From Sulfurospirillum sp. (lineage in GTDB: Bacteria; Campylobacterota; Campylobacteria; Campylobacterales; Sulfurospirillaceae), in the NCBI GenBank assembly GCA_045047115.1, contig JASFYR010000009.1, positions 32,001-96,000 on the forward strand: DNA of 64,000 nucleotides, read 5' to 3'. The notes beneath the pieces are model-generated. The model had not been told where the DNA came from. It worked only from the letters and a program-made list of their open reading frames with translations, and did not search any database. A program made the position numbers and the translations under genes. This document shows, piece by piece, positions 1 through 9,271 of this stretch (positions are counted from its first letter, which is position 1; each line of letters opens with the position of its first letter).

Positions 1-1170
1 ATCTTTTGCATTGTTTATAATGTTTACAAAAGCCTGTACGATTTCGTTTGGGAATCCGATTAAGTTGAAATTTTCCCCCATATTGATTGTTAGTTTGATT
101 TTATTTTTATCTAATGTTGCACTTAAGAGTTGTTCTGTTAGAGATATGACCTCTTTGATTGTATACTCCTCTTTTGGCTTCCCGGATGAAAAAAAGTTTC
201 TAAAATCATCAATAGTATTTGACATAAAGGAAATCTGTGTATTTGCTTCGTTAATTTTTTCTTCTAGTTTGTTTCCTGTCAATTTACCTCTGTTTGAGTT
301 TAATTCGATATTTACGAGTATGATAGAAAGTTGCGCTAGAGGTTGTTTCCATTGGTGGGCTATGTTGCCAATCATCTCGCCCATAGATGCTAGTTTGTTT
401 TGGTTTAATAAAAGAAGATCTTGCCTGGCTTGAAGTTTTTGGTTCTTTTTATAGATAATGTATAGAAATATGTAAAAGATTATAAAAACAATCAAAGCTA
501 TGGAAATCGTAATCAAAAAGTCCTTTATGTGTGTCGAAACTATGTGCGAGAGTGGAATCTTTAGTGAAATAATAGCTCTTAAATCTCCTGTTTTTTCGTA
601 AAATCCTGCCTTGTCTCCATACATCTGTATCAACTCTTTTGGTGCAATATTCGGTGTGCTGTGACATTTCATGCATGATTTTTTATTTCTTTCGATTGGA
701 ACAGCAACATAGAAGTAATTTTTACCGTTTTCTTTTAAGATTGTCGAAAATTCTTTAATTTTTTTTTTTCTAAATTTTTCCAAGATTCTTTTTTCAAAAT
801 CATTTGCTCTATTTATTGGATTTCTAGGGTTTGTTGCTGCTAGTTTGAATTTGTAAGGGATTTTATTTTTTAATTTTTGTGAATTAGTATACATGTGGTG
901 AATAGTGTTTACTATATATGTTGATGACATAATTCTTGAATCAAAGAAATCCTTATACAACTTTCCTTTCTTTTTAAGATTATAAATAACAGGTTTTTGG
1001 ATATTTTCTATATAGCTTCTTATTGTTTTTGTGGTATTTAAAATATTTACTACTTCTTGTTTTGCATCTTTTATCACAAGGTGCTGATAGAAGTTATAAA
1101 AAAAACCAACCATAGTAATATAGAGCAAAATTAGAAGAATAGCTGAAATTCTAAGATTTATTTTAAACAT
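1..1170 (-). CDS. Sensor histidine kinase with periplasmic heme-c (DUF3365/Tll0287-like) domain; runs off the window start
   Basis: Hand translation from ATG at 1170 (missing from the ORF track because there is no stop in the window): N-terminal TM, KLAATNPRNPINRANDFE, SCMKCH heme motif, second TM, H-box ASMGEMIGNIAHQWKQPL. Confidence 0.85.
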   Translation of the reverse strand, partial: MFKINLRISAILLILLYITMVGFFYNFYQHLVIKDAKQEVVNILNTTKTIRSYIENIQKPVIYNLKKKGKLYKDFFDSRIMSSTYIVNTIHHMYTNSQKLKNKIPYKFKLAATNPRNPINRANDFEKRILEKFRKKKIKEFSTILKENGKNYFYVAVPIERNKKSCMKCHSTPNIAPKELIQMYGDKAGFYEKTGDLRAIISLKIPLSHIVSTHIKDFLITISIALIVFIIFYIFLYIIYKKNQKLQARQDLLLLNQNKLASMGEMIGNIAHQWKQPLAQLSIILVNIELNSNRGKLTGNKLEEKINEANTQISFMSNTIDDFRNFFSSGKPKEEYTIKEVISLTEQLLSATLDKNKIKLTINMGENFNLIGFPNEIVQAFVNIINNAKD

Positions 1171-1179
1171 ATTATTTAA

Positions 1180-1878
1180 TCATATAGTTTTAAATATATA
1201 GCCAACACCATATATATTTTCTATCATCTCTTTTTCTATCTTTTTTCGCAACTCTTTTATTATAAATTTTATAGCCTCTTTGCTGGGAGTGTCAAGACCC
1301 CAGATATAACCGTAAATACTACTATAAGACACCACTTGGTTTGGGTGTTTTATGAAATACTCCAAGAGTCTGCTTTCATTTGTGGAGAGTTTATTGCTTT
1401 TTTGATTGATATATATAGTCTTTGTGCAGGGATTATATGTGCATTGTTCATGCAATTTTATATTTGTTTTGTTATCTGCTAGTTCTAGGCATACAGCTTC
1501 TAGTGTTTTGATCAGAGTATCTTTATAGCAAGGTTTTGAAAGATATTTTGTAATTTTTAGCTCAATTGCACGCCAGAGATACTCTTGCTCTGTATGAGCA
1601 GAGATGATAACAATAGGAATTTTTTTGTCTGTTTCCCTAATTTTTTTTATGGTTTCAATTCCATCAAGATGTGGCATGAATACATCAAATATAAGCACAT
1701 CATAACTGCTGTTTTCTAACTCTTTTAGTGCCTCTTGTCCATCTGTAACACCAACAACTTTTTGGAAAAAAAATTCTAAAATCTCTATAGTATTTTTTGC
1801 AATTCCTTCATCATCTTCGGCATATAGTACTTTTTTATCTGAAAGAATATCTAGTAAATTAGCTTTTTTTGTTTTCAT
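1180..1878 (-). CDS. OmpR-family response regulator
   Basis: Receiver (YAEDD, DVFMP, KP) plus winged-helix C-terminus ENIYGVGY; directly upstream of the heme-c kinase. Confidence 0.9.
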   Translation of the reverse strand: MKTKKANLLDILSDKKVLYAEDDEGIAKNTIEILEFFFQKVVGVTDGQEALKELENSSYDVLIFDVFMPHLDGIETIKKIRETDKKIPIVIISAHTEQEYLWRAIELKITKYLSKPCYKDTLIKTLEAVCLELADNKTNIKLHEQCTYNPCTKTIYINQKSNKLSTNESRLLEYFIKHPNQVVSYSSIYGYIWGLDTPSKEAIKFIIKELRKKIEKEMIENIYGVGYIFKTI

Positions 1879-2009
1879 AATTATGCTATTTCTCCTTGAT
1901 GCATTATAATATTATAGCATATCTATTTGCTTGGTTGAATAATATGATATAGTGCTAGATAAATATAGTGTTTTTAGATATAATTCAAAACTATATTTAA
2001 AGGATTTTT

Positions 2010-2270
2010 ATGAGAGAGTTAGAATTGAAAAATATACTTAAAGTAGATGATAGAGAGTTTTTGGTTTCTACAATCAGTATGAATGTTCGTCACTCTTGGT
2101 TTGAGGGAGATAGTGAAAAGAAAGTATATGAAACTATGGTTTTTGAGATAGAAAATGAAGAAGTTTTATATGATAACCCTAGGTTTAATGAGAGATACAA
2201 TACGTTGGATGAAGCTGTGGCCGAGCATGGTGCAATCTTGAAAAATCCGAAAGAGTTTTTTATTCTTTAG
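2010..2270 (+). CDS. Hypothetical 86-aa protein
   Basis: AAGGA RBS, upstream TATAAT near 1979, plausible protein composition; convergent on the kinase at 2273. Confidence 0.75.
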   Translation: MRELELKNILKVDDREFLVSTISMNVRHSWFEGDSEKKVYETMVFEIENEEVLYDNPRFNERYNTLDEAVAEHGAILKNPKEFFIL

Positions 2271-2272
2271 GT

Positions 2273-4063
2273 TTAATTATTTATTTCTATAACAAATACA
2301 GCCCCAACTTTGGAGTTTCTTGCATAAAGTTTTCCGTTAAAGTTTTCTTCTATTATTGTTTTTGACATATAGAGTCCGATACCGGTTCCGGTTTTTTGCT
2401 TGCTTGTAACATAGGCATCAAAAATTCTGTTTATAATTTTTTCATCTATGCCACCTGCATTATCTTTAATCTCTATAAATTTTTTTCCACTTTTTTCATA
2501 TACTTCTATATCTATATATGAATTTTTTATATTTTTTTCCTCTAGTGCATCTTTTGCATTTTGTATGATATTTAGAATTACTTGAGAGAATTGGTTCGCA
2601 AAGCCTAAAACTTTAAATTTATTTTTTATTTGTAAAGAGAGTTCTATTCCTTCGTGTTTTATGGAGGCATTTACAATTTTATATGCATTTCCAATAGCAA
2701 TAGACGGGTCAAAAAATGATTTTTCACTGTCTTCTTTATAAAAATTACGAAAATCCTCTATGGTTTCGGACATATAATCAATTTGTTCAAGTGAATTTTT
2801 GTAATACCTGTTAAACATCTCTTTTGTGAGTTTTTTACCGTCATACATTGATTTTAGGTTTTGCATTATAAGGGAGAGTCTCGTGATCGGATGTCTCCAT
2901 TGGTGAGCGATATTGCCTATCATTTCACCGAGGGCTGCGAGTTTTGCCTGATTTTCCAAAAGCCTGTCTTTTGCCCTGTTTTTTTCTATCTCGACTTGAA
3001 CTCTTATTTCAAGATTATTTGCCTGTTTTGCAATGCTTTCCGCCTCTTCTTCTAATGAATCATATAGCTTTGAGATAGGAAAAGATACAAGGTATGCAAA
3101 TGGAAAAGATATAAAGACGGCAAACAGAACAGTTGTCAGGACTCTTTGTCGTATCAGTTGGCTTGTTAACTTTTTCTGTTTTAGATTTTCAAAGTATATC
3201 AATTTTAGATTATTGTAGCCGCTTATTTTAAGGGTCTTTATATAATATCTATGTTCTTTTGAGAAAAAATTCTCTTTTGAAAAATTCTCTTTTTTGATAT
3301 TAAATTCATCTAAGGCATTAATCTTTTTGCCCTGGTATTTTGACCAATTGTTTTTCGGATTTTTACTGATAATAAAATTTCCACTTAAATCGCATAAATA
3401 AAGATCATATATAGAAGACTCTGTTAAATCATTTAGATAATGTTTCATAAAAACATTTAATATTAAAAAACCAAGATATCTGTTTTTGTCAAAAACAGGA
3501 ATAGAGACCCTGATGACAGGCTTGATTGGCTGTTCAATTTTTCCGTGTTCAACATTTAGATCAATATTTGAAAACCATACTTCTTTATCTTTTAGACTTG
3601 CACATTTTTTGCAGTAATATCTTTTGGATTTATTTTGTAAATTTTTTTGTTTGAAAACTTCTGTGCCTATATCTTTTCTGTCAAATCTTATTATTTCATC
3701 ACCATTTGAATTTATATATCTAAGCTGCATGTAGCTCTTGTCTGTTTTTATCATAGAGTAGAGTAGATCTTCAACAATTTTTTTGTCTTTGCCTGTTTTT
3801 ACAAATGATATAAATTCGTTATTTGATAAAATTGCTTTTATAAGATTGGAGCTTCTGCTTAAAAAATTATCTATATATCTCTGTTTTTGTGTAGAGTTTC
3901 GGATTGTATTATTTAGAAAATGCTTTAAAGACTCTTGTGCCGAAATTCTAACATGTAACATATAGATAGAAAAAAGTATAAGGGTTGCAAAAGTTATATA
4001 AGAGATAACCAGAATTTTCCTGAAACGTTTTTTCTGCTTTTTGATCTTTTCTATATTTGTCAT
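2273..4063 (-). CDS. Cache-domain sensor histidine kinase
   Basis: Two TMs flanking a Cache-like domain (RYINSNGDEIIR, LQNKSKRYY); H-box AHQWRHP, N box NAKDA, DNAGG, GTGIGL. Confidence 0.9.
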   Translation of the reverse strand: MTNIEKIKKQKKRFRKILVISYITFATLILFSIYMLHVRISAQESLKHFLNNTIRNSTQKQRYIDNFLSRSSNLIKAILSNNEFISFVKTGKDKKIVEDLLYSMIKTDKSYMQLRYINSNGDEIIRFDRKDIGTEVFKQKNLQNKSKRYYCKKCASLKDKEVWFSNIDLNVEHGKIEQPIKPVIRVSIPVFDKNRYLGFLILNVFMKHYLNDLTESSIYDLYLCDLSGNFIISKNPKNNWSKYQGKKINALDEFNIKKENFSKENFFSKEHRYYIKTLKISGYNNLKLIYFENLKQKKLTSQLIRQRVLTTVLFAVFISFPFAYLVSFPISKLYDSLEEEAESIAKQANNLEIRVQVEIEKNRAKDRLLENQAKLAALGEMIGNIAHQWRHPITRLSLIMQNLKSMYDGKKLTKEMFNRYYKNSLEQIDYMSETIEDFRNFYKEDSEKSFFDPSIAIGNAYKIVNASIKHEGIELSLQIKNKFKVLGFANQFSQVILNIIQNAKDALEEKNIKNSYIDIEVYEKSGKKFIEIKDNAGGIDEKIINRIFDAYVTSKQKTGTGIGLYMSKTIIEENFNGKLYARNSKVGAVFVIEINN

Positions 4064-4072
4064 ATATTGTAT

Positions 4073-4729
4073 TTAATTTGCATAATTTTCTATTTTATAG
4101 CCACTTCCTCTGATATTTTTGATGAAGTCATAGCTGATTTTTGAGCGCAGTTTTTTTATCAAAGTCCTGAGCGTATTGTCGGATACTATTTTATCTTGCC
4201 AAATATAATCGATTATAACACCGGAGCTTAATATATGATTTATATTTTTAATGAGAAAAAAAAGTAGATTTCTTTCGTTTTCACTTAATTCAATAATTTT
4301 TTCGTTATCTGTTAGTTCTCTTCTTGCAAGGTCAAAAAATTGTTTCTCCCCAATCTGAATTTTTGATAAATCATCATTGAAGAGTATCTTGTTGATTCTG
4401 ATTTCTAGTTCTTCAAAGTGAAAAGGTTTTCTTATGTAATCACTGCACCCGGCATCAAATCCGGATTTAATATAGTCAATATCAGACATAGAAGTAAGAA
4501 AAACTGCAGGAGTTTTTATCTCCATACTTCTAATCTCCTCAAGAGTATCTATGCCATTTTTGACAGGAGTGTTTATATCTAGTATAAATATGTCTGTTGT
4601 AAATATATTGGGACTGTCTAAAAGTTCTTCACCATTTGCAAAGATCTCTACTTGATGATCTTTCATCTCAAAATAGATTTTGATCTCTTGTGCGATAAAA
4701 GAGTCATCTTCAAGTAGAGTAATTCTCAT
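4073..4729 (-). CDS. OmpR-family response regulator
   Basis: LLEDD, LDIN, KPF; C-terminal NIRGSGY. Confidence 0.9.
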   Translation of the reverse strand: MRITLLEDDSFIAQEIKIYFEMKDHQVEIFANGEELLDSPNIFTTDIFILDINTPVKNGIDTLEEIRSMEIKTPAVFLTSMSDIDYIKSGFDAGCSDYIRKPFHFEELEIRINKILFNDDLSKIQIGEKQFFDLARRELTDNEKIIELSENERNLLFFLIKNINHILSSGVIIDYIWQDKIVSDNTLRTLIKKLRSKISYDFIKNIRGSGYKIENYAN

Positions 4730-4753
4730 AAAAAGTTTACCATGCCAAAACTG

Positions 4754-5260
4754 CTAATTTATAAGCCTGGTCTCTTTTAAGTACTTGTTTAAATCTTCTT
4801 TCTTATATATACCCTTGGCTACATAATTAACAAAGATTTTCATCATACTTGGATCGGCGTATCCCGGGAGTTGGATTATTTTATTCCAATTTTTATCAAA
4901 CATGATTATCTGTGGAGTTGCTTTGACTGTAAAACCCATCTTTAAAGATGTTGTATTTGTCTTTTTTGGTGGATTTTTATCTCCCATAACATAATTATGA
5001 TACTCATCAAGAGGGATAGAATAGACATGGAAATTATCTTTTAAAAGTTTATGCAAAACTTTGTCTTTTTCTATATCTTTTTTAAATACTTTACAGTATG
5101 CGCAGCTTTTTGTTTCAAATAGCAGCAAAACATTTTTTCCATTTGCTACAAGCCTGTCTGTATGCAGAAGTAAGCTGTCGCTTGCCTCTGCACTAACAAA
5201 GGAAAATCCTAAAAACAGTAAGAAAATTACTAATTTTTTTATCATTATATCTCCAGTCAC
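4754..5260 (-). CDS. Exported thioredoxin-fold protein (SoxW-like)
   Basis: Signal peptide, CAYC, cis-Pro ATP motif, PGY; true start may be one of the Met codons a few codons downstream. Confidence 0.85.
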   Translation of the reverse strand: MTGDIMIKKLVIFLLFLGFSFVSAEASDSLLLHTDRLVANGKNVLLLFETKSCAYCKVFKKDIEKDKVLHKLLKDNFHVYSIPLDEYHNYVMGDKNPPKKTNTTSLKMGFTVKATPQIIMFDKNWNKIIQLPGYADPSMMKIFVNYVAKGIYKKEDLNKYLKETRLIN

Positions 5261-5928
5261 TTTTTCTTTTTGATTATGTTTGCTAAGCCATGATCAATGT
5301 AGTAGTTTTTAAGAGCCTTATAGACATCACCATTTTTCCTATCTAGTCCTAGCCATTTTTGATCTTTTACAAAATCAAGTGTGATTAAAAACTGTTTTGC
5401 CGGTATGTAGCCGGGAACAACAAAGATACTTTTGCCTTTTTCATCTGTAAAAATCAGAGTTGGAGTTGCTCTCACACTATAGATATCTATCAAAGTCTTT
5501 GTGTCTACATCCAAATCTTTTCCTTCATGTTGAAGTTTATGAATTTTATTGTTTTTTATATTTAAAAGATATGTGGTAAAATCATTTTTAAGTTCATCTT
5601 TTAATTTTTTATTATCATGAATATCATTTTTCATTTTAGTGCAATACGGACATTCATCGCTACCAAAAATAATTATCATATATTTGCCCTTTGGAGCAAT
5701 TCTCGCACTGTCCTTAAAAACATCACCCAAATCAAAATCTTTTTTAACAACACTAGTTGCTTTTTTTGCTGCATGTGTTTCAATTTTAACTGTTTTTGGT
5801 GTTTCAGTTTTTTTGATAACAGTCGGTTTTTCAATGGTGGTTACTGTCGTTTTTTCATTACCACAACCAATTAATAAAAATAGAGTTATTGCTAACAATC
5901 CTATGGTTTTTAAAAAAGATTTTGTCAT
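5257..5928 (-). CDS. Thioredoxin-fold lipoprotein (SoxW-like)
   Basis: Lipobox LIGC, T/K-rich linker, CPYC, RATP, PGY. Confidence 0.85.
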   Translation of the reverse strand: MTKSFLKTIGLLAITLFLLIGCGNEKTTVTTIEKPTVIKKTETPKTVKIETHAAKKATSVVKKDFDLGDVFKDSARIAPKGKYMIIIFGSDECPYCTKMKNDIHDNKKLKDELKNDFTTYLLNIKNNKIHKLQHEGKDLDVDTKTLIDIYSVRATPTLIFTDEKGKSIFVVPGYIPAKQFLITLDFVKDQKWLGLDRKNGDVYKALKNYYIDHGLANIIKKKK

Positions 5929-5956
5929 ATTTCTGCCTTGTTATTGAAAATTTTGT

Positions 5957-5982
5957 GTGCGACACGGATATTCGTGTCGCAC
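5957..5982. terminator. GC-rich stem-loop between the multiheme cytochrome and thioredoxin genes
   Basis: gtgcgacacg/cgtgtcgcac perfect 10-bp stem; no U-tract on the minus strand, so more likely an mRNA stabiliser or partial terminator. Confidence 0.6.
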
Positions 5983-6007
5983 TTTGTTAAAGAAATCTAG
6001 CGATCTC

Positions 6008-8311
6008 TTATTTAACTGATTTATGCAGTATACTATTAACTTTGTTAATATGTTCTTTATCAGTTAAGATTCCAGGGTTAGTGTTGACTTTTTTCCACAA
6101 CTCTTTGTTTGTCATATTTTGATGACAGCCCATACAGACTCCACTTCTCTCCATCTTAACTCTCATGTCTTGGTCGAGAGGGCGAGATGCAGGCCAGTGT
6201 GAACCGACATTTGTAAGTTGTTTTCCATCTCTAGTAACAACTTGAGACCAGCCAAAATTCATACCAGGAATTGCTTCCATTTGAACTGTCGTATGAGAAG
6301 AAACAAACTTGCCGGTTGCAAGATCTTGCAAGTCGATCTTGACATTTTTGTCTTGATCTATCAGAGAGTTTTTCTTTCCATATCCAAGTGCTTTTTGGCT
6401 TGAATGACAGCTTTCACAAGTTCTGGCATGCAGTGTTGTTGTATGCGGTTGAACCGGAGACATGTCTATGGCGTCAACCATGTTACCGTTATCATGCACT
6501 CTTGCTTGCTTGTTTAGAATAAGAGTCTTGCCATTTGGACCAATAACTGTATAAGTTACTTGACAGCCAGGTATGATTGGAGTTACAAGGCCTTCACCGT
6601 TGATACCAAGAATTGGATTTTCCCATTCGGTATAACTTCTTGTTTCACTTGCTTTACCTATCTGTTTTTTGCCTTTTGTTCCAAGTACAGATTCACTGGT
6701 TTCACCGTTTTTGAAGTGTGTAGAACCACTTGCGATCCAGTCAATTTTGCTTTTGCCTTTTCTGTAATCAACCTTGACATGACAACCATAACATTGAGGT
6801 GCCCAGCTTGAGTGACAAGAGTAGCACTCCAGTTTATCCATGTGAGCTTTAACAGCATACATGGCAACTTGACCATCTTGGGTTAGTTGTTTTTTGATTT
6901 CTAGTGATTTAAGAACAGGTACAACCAAATCTTTACCACTTGCTAGATGAGCTATTACTCTGTTGCTTCCTTTTTCTTTAACAACATTTCCTAAAGGATT
7001 TCCTCTTGTACTTAGTAGATAACCGCCTTTTGGATTATAAACCATACCTTTTTGCATATAGCCGGGAAGTGTTTTTGCTAATCCTCTTGCTTTATTTGAA
7101 GCTTTTACGGCAAGATTTTTTTCACCATAACCAACTTTTAACTCCCATGGGAATTTTGTAGTTGTACCATGACAATCAGAACACTCTATCTCAACTTGAC
7201 CTAGAGTTGTACCAAATAGTGTGCCATCACCATGCATGTCTATTGATGTATGACAATCTTGACAAGTCATACCTGCTCTAAAGTGTATATCTGATTTTAA
7301 GTGTTGGTATCTTTTACCATGAGTTTTGGTCTGAGCTTTACCGCCTGGCATAAGAGGTGAACCATAAGGCTGTTCCATCATACCCATGTACGAAACACCA
7401 ATTCTTTTACCTCTGTTGTGGCAAGAGTTACAAGTTTCAGGATGAATACCACTAAATGTCACACCGGTTGAGGGGACATGTACTTTGGCATCTCTGGTAG
7501 CTTGCATTTCATGAACCAAAAGATGACCATGCTCTTTTTTATTGATAGTTGGATCATTTCCTTCATATATACCCTCATTTCCATAAGGAATATGACAGGA
7601 ACTACAGCCCATACCTCTCCAGTCACCTCTGCCTTTTCTGCCTCTTACACCGATGTGACATCTTTGACAATCACTTCTTTGATAAGATATAGATGCAGCA
7701 TAACCTAGTTCTTTTTCATTCATTGCAGAAATATCTTTGCTGCTTTGTGGTGGCAATGGAAGTTGTTTTAGCTCTGTTGGGAATTGATCAGGATATTTGT
7801 CCATCATAGCAACCATATACTTTTTATAAGTTTTAGTTCCCCAAGCAGGAGTTTTTCCATCAGTATCTTTTATGGCGTAATCACCAAATTTTACCTTTTG
7901 AGTATCTTCACTACCGAATGTGTGTAAATTTCCTTGTATCTTACCGGCTTCTGTAGCCATAAGAGCCTTTTTCATGTTTGCTACAGTGTCGGCATGACAA
8001 AGTCCACATGTTTTGTCCATGATCCAGTAACTACCGGGATCTCTAACAAATGCCTCTAACCCGCCTGGATGATTTGGTGCACCTTTGTGTGCCATCTCTT
8101 TAGTGGTGGCCTTTACATTACCTCCGTGGCAGATAGTACATCCCGCAGGATCGCCAACGCCGGCTCCTATGGCCTTAATTTGTTGCATCATGCCTGAATC
8201 TTGATGTCTTATATCCTCTATACCTTTGTGACACGACATACAGTCAGCAAATGCCCACGAAGATATAAGAGCTACAAGAAACAGAGCTTTTGTAAAGCTA
8301 GATTTCAACAT
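6008..8311 (-). CDS. Periplasmic dodecaheme c-type cytochrome
   Basis: Sec signal (AFA/D); 12 CxxCH motifs: CMSCH, CTICH, CGLCH, CQRCH, CSSCH, CNSCH, CQDCH, CSDCH, CYSCH, CYGCH, CESCH, CMGCH; AGGAG RBS. Confidence 0.92.
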   Translation of the reverse strand: MLKSSFTKALFLVALISSWAFADCMSCHKGIEDIRHQDSGMMQQIKAIGAGVGDPAGCTICHGGNVKATTKEMAHKGAPNHPGGLEAFVRDPGSYWIMDKTCGLCHADTVANMKKALMATEAGKIQGNLHTFGSEDTQKVKFGDYAIKDTDGKTPAWGTKTYKKYMVAMMDKYPDQFPTELKQLPLPPQSSKDISAMNEKELGYAASISYQRSDCQRCHIGVRGRKGRGDWRGMGCSSCHIPYGNEGIYEGNDPTINKKEHGHLLVHEMQATRDAKVHVPSTGVTFSGIHPETCNSCHNRGKRIGVSYMGMMEQPYGSPLMPGGKAQTKTHGKRYQHLKSDIHFRAGMTCQDCHTSIDMHGDGTLFGTTLGQVEIECSDCHGTTTKFPWELKVGYGEKNLAVKASNKARGLAKTLPGYMQKGMVYNPKGGYLLSTRGNPLGNVVKEKGSNRVIAHLASGKDLVVPVLKSLEIKKQLTQDGQVAMYAVKAHMDKLECYSCHSSWAPQCYGCHVKVDYRKGKSKIDWIASGSTHFKNGETSESVLGTKGKKQIGKASETRSYTEWENPILGINGEGLVTPIIPGCQVTYTVIGPNGKTLILNKQARVHDNGNMVDAIDMSPVQPHTTTLHARTCESCHSSQKALGYGKKNSLIDQDKNVKIDLQDLATGKFVSSHTTVQMEAIPGMNFGWSQVVTRDGKQLTNVGSHWPASRPLDQDMRVKMERSGVCMGCHQNMTNKELWKKVNTNPGILTDKEHINKVNSILHKSVK

Positions 8312-8354
8312 ATTCTCTCCTTTTTAGAATTTGTCAAATTAATGACTTATTGCA

Positions 8355-8387
8355 ATTATAAGTTATGAAAGTGCTTAATAAGTGCTT
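8355..8387 (-). promoter_or_regulatory. Promoter of the multiheme operon with an OmpR-type tandem box
   Basis: Minus-strand TATAAT (8355-8360); direct repeat aagtgctt at 8369-8376 and 8380-8387 (11-bp period). Confidence 0.55.
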
Positions 8388-8471
8388 TTGGGTAAAAATG
8401 TAAATAAATAGTTTTTTATGTTTCTTTTAAGGTTTCAAAATGTAACATTATGAGAATTTTAGGAGGTTTAT

Positions 8472-8957
8472 GTGAAAAAATTATCTGTTCTAATAGTTTT
8501 TATTATCTTTTCAAATTTTGCTTTTGGGGCAAATGATATAGTGGATGGTTGGGAGACAGATTTAGAGCAGGCAAAAGAGGATGCAAATCGTCTAAAAAAG
8601 CCAATAATGCTTTTTTTGCACTCTGTGAGTTGTTTTTATTGCCCTAAAGTTATAGAGCAAGTATTGCCAAATCCGGACTTGGCAAAATATTTAAAGAATA
8701 ATTTTGTGAGATTGGAGCTTGATACCAGTACCGGTTCTGATTCTATAGAATCAGATGTTACAGATCAGGCGCCTCCCAGGTTTATAGTCAGCATCACACC
8801 GGCATATATATTTATGGGACCAAATGAAGAAAAGTTGGCAAGAAATGGTAAAAAACATATGATAGTATATGGTTTCTGGGATGTCAATGACACTAAAAAA
8901 TGGGCGCAGGAAGCCTTGAAGAGATTTAAAACATTATATGGAGACAAGTATAAATGA
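8472..8957 (+). CDS. Exported thioredoxin-fold protein
   Basis: GTG start after AGGAGG; signal peptide; KKPIMLFLHSVSCFYC; ITP cis-Pro. Confidence 0.85.
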   Translation: MKKLSVLIVFIIFSNFAFGANDIVDGWETDLEQAKEDANRLKKPIMLFLHSVSCFYCPKVIEQVLPNPDLAKYLKNNFVRLELDTSTGSDSIESDVTDQAPPRFIVSITPAYIFMGPNEEKLARNGKKHMIVYGFWDVNDTKKWAQEALKRFKTLYGDKYK

Positions 8958-9271
8958 GATTTTTAGTTTTACTATTGGTTAGCACGGTTTTTGTTTTTGG
9001 AGCTCATGAAAAAAGAGGACAAAAATATTATTTGCAAAGATGTTCTTCCTGTCATGGAACAGGTAAGATGTGGGGAAATGTTGCTACTCAGGAAGAGTGG
9101 AAAGATTTTTTGACGAAAAATATTAAGGAATTAAAAAGTTTTCATACTAAAAATCCAAAGGTTTTGAACTATCTTGATTCTAAAGATTTTAAGAAAGAGA
9201 AAAATAGAATGATGAGATTTTTACAAGAATTTGCAAGTGATTCAGACTCAATACCAAGCTGTAATAATTAA
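8954..9271 (+). CDS. Monoheme cytochrome c
   Basis: Signal peptide, CSSCH, EFASDSDSIPSC C-terminus with an extra Cys; ATGA overlap with the upstream gene. Confidence 0.85.
   Translation: MRFLVLLLVSTVFVFGAHEKRGQKYYLQRCSSCHGTGKMWGNVATQEEWKDFLTKNIKELKSFHTKNPKVLNYLDSKDFKKEKNRMMRFLQEFASDSDSIPSCNN

Noticed and set aside
11..676. ORF-track entries 11..433(+) and 449..676(-)
   Set aside because: Antisense or off-frame shadows of the heme-c kinase gene at 1..1170(-)
4754..8957. Sox sulfur-oxidation operon
   Set aside because: Only SoxW-like thioredoxins are present; no soxXYZAB or soxCD in the window
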